Origin: Candidatus Dojkabacteria bacterium
Lineage (GTDB): Bacteria > Patescibacteriota > Dojkabacteria > B142 > JAFGFJ01
DNA length: 64,000 nt
Direction: 5' to 3'
NCBI GenBank assembly: GCA_016931155.1
Contig: JAFGFJ010000006.1
Location: 220,389-284,388 of the forward strand
Part shown: piece after piece, positions 29,438-37,497 of the stretch
Layout of the letters: the number at the start of each line of letters is the position of its first letter
Numbering within the stretch: the stretch's first letter is position 1
Translations under genes and position numbers: made by a program
The notes under the pieces: model-generated
Told to the model about the DNA's origin: nothing
What the model saw: only the letters and a program-made list of their open reading frames with translations
Database searches by the model: none

Positions 29438-30598
29438 ATGAATGAAACTGAATCAGGTATAAAAATAAGTACGGCTGATTTCAGACTACTCCAACCCTAT
29501 TCAGACTATTTAACGAAAGCTGTGAGTCCTTTGTGGGGAGAAGTTTCTTCATCTAAACCTGGAGATTCGCTTTTCGAACTTGGGCGGATCGCGTTATCCA
29601 ATAAGGCTTTAGTCGAAGATATCCATGTTTCTCACTTGAGAGATACAATTATAGAGAATGAAGTCAATCCATACCTGGTCAAGTTAGTCTCCAATTTTGA
29701 CAAGTACAGTGAATTGATAGACAAGATCCAGAGAAAAAAAACTGACTTAACTTGGGATGATGAGCGACTTCATGAGGATGGATTACCTGAGAATCTTTTT
29801 GAAGAACACAGGGCATATCAGAAGGAACTGTATCATCCAACACCAGTATGCTTACGAGATTTACATATAGAGAGTTTGGACATTCTGTGTGAATATGAGG
29901 TTAATCCCAAATTAAGAAAATTTATCAATAAAATTGGTGGGATTGCTCTGTTCGAAGAACTAATTGCTCTTGCAACTAAGCAAGACTCTGTGGACTTGGA
30001 TAGAGTAGTCCCCTTTACTGACCTCGCCTACCAAGGACTAAATAAATGGTCAGTCCTATTAGAGCCTGTTTCGCCACCTCTTTTTTGTTTGCTCAGTAAA
30101 GATAATAGATTACTTCTGAAAGAACAGAATCCCAAGTTGCTAGAAATTCTTGAAAGATTTTTTCTACTAGAATTTGGACCTCATAATTCATCAGTGTATG
30201 TTGTTCCTTCGGTCGAAAATCCAACAGGATCTTTGTCAAGGGAGTACGAATTAGATTTATTATATTTAGAGCAACATAAAATGAAAGAAGAGGAATATAT
30301 TAACCTTCTTGGTGAATTATGTATGAGTTTTCATAAAGTTAAAGAAGGGACGCGAAGTTACACCTTTAAGGGAGTAGAATTTAGAAAATTGTCTATTTCT
30401 CATTATGATGAGAGATCCCCATTCACTGGGGAAATACCAGAACAGGAAGATTTTGATTTGGTTCTATACAAGGGAGGGAAAGAGGTTGGGGTAATTCCGA
30501 GTTGCTGGAAATACTTTGCGAGTGAGGGTATTTATGAGTCACCTGGTGCAAGATTCTCTTTTAGCCCTAGAAAGATTCTCCCCTTATTTGCTAAATGA
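29438..30598 (+). CDS. hypothetical protein (386 aa), single-gene module between two att-like repeats
   Basis: Good-length ORF. No motif recognised. Flanked by repeat C upstream and repeat B downstream. Confidence 0.45.
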   Translation: MNETESGIKISTADFRLLQPYSDYLTKAVSPLWGEVSSSKPGDSLFELGRIALSNKALVEDIHVSHLRDTIIENEVNPYLVKLVSNFDKYSELIDKIQRKKTDLTWDDERLHEDGLPENLFEEHRAYQKELYHPTPVCLRDLHIESLDILCEYEVNPKLRKFINKIGGIALFEELIALATKQDSVDLDRVVPFTDLAYQGLNKWSVLLEPVSPPLFCLLSKDNRLLLKEQNPKLLEILERFFLLEFGPHNSSVYVVPSVENPTGSLSREYELDLLYLEQHKMKEEEYINLLGELCMSFHKVKEGTRSYTFKGVEFRKLSISHYDERSPFTGEIPEQEDFDLVLYKGGKEVGVIPSCWKYFASEGIYESPGARFSFSPRKILPLFAK

Positions 30599-30616
30599 GA
30601 AGTTCAAGGGAAATAG

Positions 30617-30644
30617 TTCCAAAATTTCTCCCACCAGCCACCCC
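30617..30644 (+). repeat. att-like direct repeat copy B (GTTCCAAAATTTCTCCCACCAGCCACCCC); 16 nt identical to the tRNA-His 3' end
   Basis: TCCCACCAGCCACCCC at 30629-30644 equals 18421-18436. Lies 19 nt after the 386-aa gene stop. Confidence 0.8.
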
Positions 30645-30684
30645 GCAAAATTTCTAGGTCCATTATCAATAAAGGCCTTCTTGT

Positions 30685-31611
30685 TCATTTTGTTATTTGC
30701 TTCGAGTTCTGTAACATACTTTTTACTTTAGCGAGAGCAGAAGAATCGGATTTGCATTTGATAAGGTAACTATATGCTGAAAACAAATGAAAAATGTAAT
30801 ATCCTCGCACTTTTTCCATTGTTACTGGTACATTCATAATTTTTTCATATTGTTTAACAAAAGTGATGAAGTTCTCAGAAATGTCATAGAAATTAAACCA
30901 ATACATGATTATCCCCAGTTCTGCATGATTGTCTCCAATACGATGACTTTCAAAATCCAGTACAGCAGTTACATTAGTGTCCTTTACCAATATATTCTGA
31001 GGATTGTAATCCCAATGCAACGGGCATAACATCGGAAGTGAATTTGAGATTAAGCCAACTAATTCTTGAATTTTACTGTCAAAATATTTATGTGCATTTG
31101 AATCTATAATGCCCTGTCTTGTGAGTAACATTAGGTCTGGGCGCCATTTTTTTACTGCAGATATCCAGTCTGAATTGTTGTTGCATGGAGCATTCTCATT
31201 TTGCCATATCTCTTTGTTGGGTAGTTTGTGAAGTCCAGCAAGATTTCCAGCAATACTGTGAAGTAATTTCTTAGAGACAGTCTTATCAATTATTCTATAA
31301 TAGAAGGTCTCTCCTTCCAGGTACTCCTGGATTAACAAACTAAACTCAGTAGTAAAACAGAAATCAAGGAATAATGTTTTGGGAACAGGATACTTATATC
31401 GAATGAGCAAATCATCAATGTCGGTTGATCTTTTAATTCTCTCCTTGTAACTGATGGGAAAGATTTTACAGATGTACTTTTTGCCAGTACTTAATGCTGC
31501 AACTTTAAATACTTGACTTTTTGAGAGACCAGTATCGAATTTGTTTATTGAAAGGGGAGGCGAGGGGCTCTTCAAAAACTTACTAAAACCTTCAGTAATG
31601 ATATCTTCCAT
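30685..31611 (-). CDS. protein-kinase-like phosphotransferase (APH / choline-kinase fold)
   Basis: Brenner/catalytic-loop motif HWDYNPQNILV and DFE(S) in place of DFG. N-terminal ATP-binding lobe. 308 aa. Confidence 0.55.
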   Translation of the reverse strand: MEDIITEGFSKFLKSPSPPLSINKFDTGLSKSQVFKVAALSTGKKYICKIFPISYKERIKRSTDIDDLLIRYKYPVPKTLFLDFCFTTEFSLLIQEYLEGETFYYRIIDKTVSKKLLHSIAGNLAGLHKLPNKEIWQNENAPCNNNSDWISAVKKWRPDLMLLTRQGIIDSNAHKYFDSKIQELVGLISNSLPMLCPLHWDYNPQNILVKDTNVTAVLDFESHRIGDNHAELGIIMYWFNFYDISENFITFVKQYEKIMNVPVTMEKVRGYYIFHLFSAYSYLIKCKSDSSALAKVKSMLQNSKQITK

Positions 31612-31652
31612 AAACTATTATAGCGAATATTCTGTAGAGGAATGCAGGATTA

Positions 31653-31677
31653 GTTCCAAAACTCTTTCAAGGAGGGC
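31653..31677 (+). repeat. possible degenerate att-like repeat copy E (GTTCCAAAACTCTTTCAAGGAGGGC)
   Basis: About 17 of 23 positions match the repeat consensus. Sits just upstream of the kinase-like gene start. Confidence 0.3.
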
Positions 31678-31943
31678 TAAGGTTTATGAGAGTGGCAAGA
31701 TGACCCTAAAGTTCCGCAAACTTCACGAAATTCGTTCATAACACCTGTACCAAATTTGGGGGTCTTGACATACTTAAAGCCGAGGCTATAAAAAGCAATA
31801 CAAAACGTATATAATCAAATTATCAAAAGGGACTGCTTGATTGTTTTACCGACAAAACCTGATCATTACTGTCACAAAGTACCTAGACAAAATTTGTACC
31901 GAAAAACTGTGATTGATCCCTAGCTAACTCTTTAAAATGCTTT

Positions 31944-32519
31944 ATGGGTAAATATATTATTCCATTCTACTTCTTTTTCCTATTTATAACCGGAATACTC
32001 GTTGGTCCACAGATGGTCTTTTTGTTGGTCGGCTGGGTCGGTATATTTGCTTTCATTAAAATTAAAGGTTTTGATAGTGGTCTTCCTTCCAGATATGAAA
32101 AAGTATTTACTGCCACCGCATTGCTCTATCCACTTATAGAAACAGCAATAAAATTTGTAATTGAAAGGGATTTGATTCCTTATTCATGGATCTGGCTTAA
32201 TAGGATCGAACATTTTGGTTTCAGTGCTTTTCTTGTAATACTTATCTTTCCTGTTATTAGACGATTCTATATAAAGCTGGACTTGATCGGTCAGATAGTA
32301 TTTGTAGTTGGAATTATTGTGTTTCTTGGAAATATTAATGAATTTGTTGAATACCTGGTACGTTTAATGCTTAATCTTCGCTCAAAATTTGGACATTACT
32401 ATGAAGATACTATTATTGACTTGTTTGTAAATATGTTGGGAGCATTTGCGGGTTTTGGCCTGTTAAAACTTGTACTCGATAAAAAGAGAAAGAATAAGGA
32501 GAGAAATAATCTAAGATAA
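31944..32519 (+). CDS. hypothetical integral membrane protein (about 5 TM)
   Basis: 191-aa hydrophobic ORF with a basic C-terminal tail. Confidence 0.45.
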   Translation: MGKYIIPFYFFFLFITGILVGPQMVFLLVGWVGIFAFIKIKGFDSGLPSRYEKVFTATALLYPLIETAIKFVIERDLIPYSWIWLNRIEHFGFSAFLVILIFPVIRRFYIKLDLIGQIVFVVGIIVFLGNINEFVEYLVRLMLNLRSKFGHYYEDTIIDLFVNMLGAFAGFGLLKLVLDKKRKNKERNNLR

Positions 32520-33096
32520 TTTCTTTTAGAAGACCTATCAATTTAGGAGCATTTTTAAATGCGTAGTGGCGTGTGAGTTATTTTTGTCGTAATGCACTTT
32601 ATATTATTTTTTGAAGTAGCTTTGAAGTAGCTTTGAAGTAGCAAGTTATTCCATCAATAGAATATATCTTTAATGAAAGAAGGTGAGGAAACGCTTTTAC
32701 TATAAAAGTGTTTAAAGCTTGAATGTTTAGAGGTAGTGGGGGGAATGTATTGATATGGCAGTGTTTTGTATTATAATCACTCATACAATTCCAATTATAA
32801 TGCCATCGGAAGTTGATAGACAAAATAATACTGATGAAATAAGTGAATTCATGAATCAACGGGCGGGGGAGTTTTCTCATTTAGGTTCAGATCATACAAG
32901 AGAAGGATATATTCGCTTATCAGAAGATATGTTTATTGGTATATGTAGGTTATGTCCTGATTCACCAAAAATTCCTCCTGGAACTCTTCGTTATTTAGGG
33001 CAGGATTTAGGTAACAGCTGCTTAAGCAGTATTACCCATAGTGAAGAATTTTAGGCTAATAAACCTGAAAGCTATGATAGGATTGATATTTCTTAT

Positions 33097-33948
33097 GTGA
33101 GGAATGGAAATGGCTATTACTTTTTTTATAGGGGAGCTTTTCATGATGCTTATGACAGATATATTGAAGCTCAAGTGGTAACAATGGATACTTCTTCACC
33201 AATTACTCAGGAGGAGATGTTACATGCAGGAGAAGAAATTCTCAGAGAAAACGTATTGGATCTGGAGACAGTTGAGCCACATTTGGATAGAGCAGCAATA
33301 CTGGCAGTACACAGCTCGATAGTTTTAGATTCGATTTTGACGATGGCTGCAGTTGAAATGGGTGAGGAAGAATATTTGTATTGGCATGATAGAGCAAAAG
33401 AACAAACGGTGAAAGATGCTTTGGAGATAAGTGCAAAGAAAAGGGAGTCGCTTACTTTAATGGGGAAAAAGGTAAATGAAAGATTTATTTATCCATTTAT
33501 CACCAGAGAATACTTAGAAATTATATTGAATAACTTTCAAGAAATGTACATTGATTTAATGTTTTGCGGGAATATGAATCGAGAGAAGACAAGAGTTAGC
33601 GAGGATATGGCAAGTATGCTTGAGCTCGTATTGCTATCTTATGGTGAAGAACATAGAGGATTGCTACAGCAACTATTACATATTGAAGATGAGGTCAATG
33701 GGAAAATTGTTAATGTTGCGGATCAAGCAATAGAATTTGGCAAAAGATTGCTTCAATATGCCAAGGGAACCGCCCTTGAGGTAGCCATAGTAAGGCATCA
33801 TAAGCCTTTAACTAGACCACTAAAAGAACTTAGCTTAGACTACAAGATAGGGGACTTATGTGCAGTATCAGATATTGACAAGTTATCCAATTTGGGACTG
33901 CCTGCAATGTTAACCTTGAGAGATCTTAAAAGAATAGGTTCTTTATAA
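33097..33948 (+). CDS. hypothetical protein (GTG start)
   Basis: 283-aa ORF. No recognisable motif. Abuts the next gene. Confidence 0.4.
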   Translation: MRNGNGYYFFYRGAFHDAYDRYIEAQVVTMDTSSPITQEEMLHAGEEILRENVLDLETVEPHLDRAAILAVHSSIVLDSILTMAAVEMGEEEYLYWHDRAKEQTVKDALEISAKKRESLTLMGKKVNERFIYPFITREYLEIILNNFQEMYIDLMFCGNMNREKTRVSEDMASMLELVLLSYGEEHRGLLQQLLHIEDEVNGKIVNVADQAIEFGKRLLQYAKGTALEVAIVRHHKPLTRPLKELSLDYKIGDLCAVSDIDKLSNLGLPAMLTLRDLKRIGSL

Positions 33949-33957
33949 TTTCTTTTT

Positions 33958-35544
33958 ATGGTGAGTTCTATTTTGAAGGAAAAAGTAAGAATGATACTTA
34001 AGAACAAAATGCTTCTTATCTTAATCATATCTGCCCTGGTTTTAATTCCCCTTGTGACGGCAATCTCTGTTTATGCAATTTATAAGAATAATGAACGGAA
34101 ACAAAATAAAGAGAAGATTGAACAACAGGTATCACAAAATGAAACAACAAATGAGGAAGTAGAAGTGTTTACAGTACCTACTCCTCCCGGCATATGCGAA
34201 TTAGCAGTTAATAAGCTCTCAACAACAGTATCCCAAAAAATTGATGATAAAAGTAGAAAAGTATCAGTTGATTATTCATTTAAACAGGATGAGGAAGTCG
34301 ATTGTTTAGATCCAATAAAGGCCATGATAGATTCACTTACCTCCTTCAAGTATGATAACGGCTCTGAAGTGAATTTCCCGGGACCGGAAATAACGAAAGA
34401 TAAGATAATATTTGACCTATCAGAAGTGAAAAAACTTGGTAAAGGCAAGCTTTATTGGTTAGTTCAGTATGATGACAATTCGAATTCAATCGAAATTGGA
34501 AGCGTGGAAATTTTGGGTGCTGAGATCAGACAACCAACTACTACACCGACACCAACAACTGCACCATCATTAACAAAGGTGAAATACGAAGTTAAGGTTT
34601 TGTCGCTTTCATATTTCCCGATAAAGGAGGGGAAACTTGATACTACTATCTTGAATAATTCCTGGGGTGAGTACAATATGACGCTAGCACAAGTAAGACA
34701 AAAAGTTAGTGCAACTCAAAGCGAACTTATTTCTACTTTGGAAGAGGGCAGTAGATATAGGGCATATAAAGATGTTTCTGCTCCAATTGTAGTGGACTAC
34801 AATATACATAGTGCCAAAGAATATCTTGCCGCTGTACCTATTTCTACAAAGCCTAATCCATGGGATGGAAGTGTGTACATGACTGACTACAGGAAAATTC
34901 TTGAGGATCACGGGATATGCAACCTTGTTGAAAATCAGGGGGTTAAAGAGGTGTGGCTTTGGAGTTATACAGGTATTGGAAAATCCGGATGGGAATCCAA
35001 CTTTGCAGGGAAGAATGGCAGAGATATAAGTAATAGTGACAGAGATCCAGGTGATATGCCTATATGTGGGAAGAGCTACACAGTATACGAGTATAATTAC
35101 GGACGTGGTACCTCAGAAGCAACCGAAGATCACATGCATCAGTTTGAAGCAATATTTAATTTCGTAGATAGTAACCTGTTTTGGAATAAATTTGTGGGGT
35201 ATCACCCTTCAAATGGATCATATTCAGGGGATTCCAATAGAAGATGTGGATGGGCTCATTATCCGCCAAATGGAAGGCATGATTACGATTGGACTAATCA
35301 GAATTATGTTCAAAGCGATTGTATGGACTGGAATCCGGACTCTTTAGGTAAAACAACAACAATGAATTGCTCCAGGTGGAATTGTGATAGCAGAAGATTT
35401 TTCATATTCTGGATGCAAAGCCTGCCGGGTTATGGAAATACTATTACTTACCAGGGCAAGCAATTTAAGAATTGGTGGGGCTTCATTGCAGATTTTGATA
35501 ATGAAATGAATAAAGGACAAAGCCTAACGTTCCAGCAGAATTAA
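33958..35544 (+). CDS. secreted/membrane-anchored hypothetical protein (528 aa) rich in Trp/Asn/Cys in the C-terminal region
   Basis: N-terminal TM (MLLILIISALVLIPLVTAISVYAIY). PTTTPTPTT linker. C-terminal Trp/Cys-rich domain. Confidence 0.5.
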   Translation: MVSSILKEKVRMILKNKMLLILIISALVLIPLVTAISVYAIYKNNERKQNKEKIEQQVSQNETTNEEVEVFTVPTPPGICELAVNKLSTTVSQKIDDKSRKVSVDYSFKQDEEVDCLDPIKAMIDSLTSFKYDNGSEVNFPGPEITKDKIIFDLSEVKKLGKGKLYWLVQYDDNSNSIEIGSVEILGAEIRQPTTTPTPTTAPSLTKVKYEVKVLSLSYFPIKEGKLDTTILNNSWGEYNMTLAQVRQKVSATQSELISTLEEGSRYRAYKDVSAPIVVDYNIHSAKEYLAAVPISTKPNPWDGSVYMTDYRKILEDHGICNLVENQGVKEVWLWSYTGIGKSGWESNFAGKNGRDISNSDRDPGDMPICGKSYTVYEYNYGRGTSEATEDHMHQFEAIFNFVDSNLFWNKFVGYHPSNGSYSGDSNRRCGWAHYPPNGRHDYDWTNQNYVQSDCMDWNPDSLGKTTTMNCSRWNCDSRRFFIFWMQSLPGYGNTITYQGKQFKNWWGFIADFDNEMNKGQSLTFQQN

Positions 35545-35563
35545 TAGGTTTGTGTACAAATTT

Positions 35564-35613
35564 GTATAATCGATCTTGACTCTTCGGGCCTTGCCCCTAG
35601 AGTCTGAGTAAAT
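35564..35613 (+). ncRNA. conserved hairpin element L2 (GTATAATCGATCTT - GACTCTtcGGGCcttGCCCctAGAGTC - TGAGTAAATA); homologous to 6783-6837 and 40206-40260
   Basis: Perfect nested stem (outer 6 bp, inner 4 bp). Flanks are about 75% identical to element L1. Directly downstream of the 528-aa gene and directly upstream of repeat copy D. Could be a terminator-like RNA element or a small repeat family. Confidence 0.45.
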
Positions 35614-35618
35614 ATTGA

Positions 35619-35647
35619 TTTCCAAAATTCTTCCCACCATCCGCCCG
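35619..35647 (+). repeat. att-like direct repeat copy D (TTTCCAAAATTCTTCCCACCATCCGCCCG), degenerate
   Basis: Shares TTCCAAAATTCTTCCCACCA with copies A, B and C. The 3' part has diverged from the tRNA-His sequence. Confidence 0.55.
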
Positions 35648-35752
35648 ATTTATAATAGCTTCCAGTTGGGATGTTGAGTGAAATATTTTGATTATTAATC
35701 TTTCCATTATTTTATCTTATTGCTAAGCTTTGGCAGAAATTATTACTGAATT

Positions 35753-36199
35753 ATGAGCGACAAAAGAAATAGTCCTATGGACATTGTAAACGAGCTAGAA
35801 CGTTTGTATGGAACAAAAGAACACCCCAAAGTATCAGCTGTAGAAAATGTTCGAGAGTTAATGAATAGTGGAGTGGAGGCATTGACGATTGAAGGTCTGG
35901 ATAAGGAAAAGTATCTTGTTCCTGAGGCAGTTGGTGGAGATGAAAGACTTATAGATCCGAATTTTGAAATTACTCAAGATCTTTTTAAACAAAGAGTAAG
36001 GGAAGCTTGCCATGAAGTATATCCTGGCTATCCGCCTCTTGATGCAAGGTTGAAATTATCAAAGAAGGATGCGCACGACTTATCTGAAAGGGCAAAGACA
36101 GGAGAATTATCTATTCAAGCTATTCATAATGGAACAAATGCATGCTATGAACACCCAAATAGAGACTCAGGTAATGTTTATTTTGAATTTGAAATGTAA
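35753..36199 (+). CDS. hypothetical soluble protein (148 aa)
   Basis: ORF with no TM segment and no recognised motif. Followed at 36219-36245 by a weak, interrupted att-like repeat (GAGAAAATTTCATAAACCTCCCAATCA). Confidence 0.4.
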   Translation: MSDKRNSPMDIVNELERLYGTKEHPKVSAVENVRELMNSGVEALTIEGLDKEKYLVPEAVGGDERLIDPNFEITQDLFKQRVREACHEVYPGYPPLDARLKLSKKDAHDLSERAKTGELSIQAIHNGTNACYEHPNRDSGNVYFEFEM

Positions 36200-36277
36200 C
36201 AGATCCTTTTCCAGATGTGAGAAAATTTCATAAACCTCCCAATCAATATGACTTTTTGTGTCCCTAAAGAATATTTA

Positions 36278-37228
36278 CTAGAACTTTTTAATCAGCAGGA
36301 TTACTTCAGATATAATCCACAGAACATAAATACCAAGAAGAAAAAAACCTTCTTTTCTTGTTATTTCTCTTCCGGAAAAAGCTATCAGGGCAAATACAAT
36401 CAGGGTCAAAGCTAAAACCGCCATTGCCGGAACAAGAACTTGAAAATATTCAATCTTGTGAGGACTCAAAAGTGAAAGCAATCCAAGTGTTGGGACATTG
36501 ATCATCGCGCTCCCTATGAAATTTCCGACGGCAAGTTTTTCTTTTTCCAGGGTATTACTTCTAATAAGTAGTGTCAGTTCGGGGATGTTTGTTCCAATAC
36601 CAAGCATTAATAAGCCAATAACTGCATTAGGTATTCCAAAGAAAAGGGCGATGCCTACAGTTTTTTCTACAAGAAGATGCGAAGAAATAATTAGTCCTGC
36701 AAGACCAAGCAAACCTCCGGCATAAAGCTTCCAGTTCTGCTTTTTTCTGTATTTCTTTGTTTTGTGATGAGAGACAACATTTTTTACAATAAATAGTATG
36801 AGCAAAATGTAGCTGGTTATCAGAATCAATCCATCAGTAGGCACGAGTTCTCCATCTGCAGTGAGAATAACCATCAAACCAATAAGAATAAGTGATAGTA
36901 GAAGAAAAGAAAAAGAATAGCTTCCTTTAAAGGGAATACTTTTATGCTTTATTGCATTCAATCCTATTATCAAACTTAGGATTACAATTGTTGCACCAAA
37001 GAGGTTGCCTATCGAAATACCCGGTACACCCTCAAGAGAAGAGTTTACTGCCACTGACATTTCAGGCAATGAAGAAGCGATTGCCAAAACTAAAAATCCG
37101 ATCAGGAAAGGACTCAGTCTTGCTTTTTGTGCGATTTGTACAAAGGTGTCTTCCAATAGATCTGCTGATTTTATCAGCAGGTAAAGAAGACCAAAAGACA
37201 ATAATATATCAAGTGCAATTCTTTCCAT
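36278..37228 (-). CDS. Ca2+/cation antiporter (CaCA / YrbG family)
   Basis: Two alpha-repeat signatures GNLFGATIVILSLIIGL and GNFIGSAMINVPTLGLL in a 10-TM protein. Confidence 0.75.
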   Translation of the reverse strand: MERIALDILLSFGLLYLLIKSADLLEDTFVQIAQKARLSPFLIGFLVLAIASSLPEMSVAVNSSLEGVPGISIGNLFGATIVILSLIIGLNAIKHKSIPFKGSYSFSFLLLSLILIGLMVILTADGELVPTDGLILITSYILLILFIVKNVVSHHKTKKYRKKQNWKLYAGGLLGLAGLIISSHLLVEKTVGIALFFGIPNAVIGLLMLGIGTNIPELTLLIRSNTLEKEKLAVGNFIGSAMINVPTLGLLSLLSPHKIEYFQVLVPAMAVLALTLIVFALIAFSGREITRKEGFFLLGIYVLWIISEVILLIKKF

Positions 37229-37497
37229 CGCTCATTATAACAACAAATACAGAATTGAGAGAAGGGGAATTACTCAACTTCTCTTGGAATAAGTAGAGTT
37301 GGAAGAATAATTGTTCTAGATAACGTTTACTAAATCGTATCTAAACAGGTTCTTAAGAAATTCTTTCAGTTATATACCAACTAATTCTCAGTAAATGAGT
37401 GAACAATTTGTAAAGAAATACCGTAATATCTATACTGTTAGCATAATTGTTTCCAGGTGTCTTATAACTTAAAAGAAAAAATGAGTAATAATTTGAG

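Noticed and set aside
32755-33054. 99-aa ORF in the 577-bp gap between island genes
   Set aside because: It overlaps an equally anonymous minus-strand ORF (32599-32880) and has no motif. It could be real but I cannot support it.
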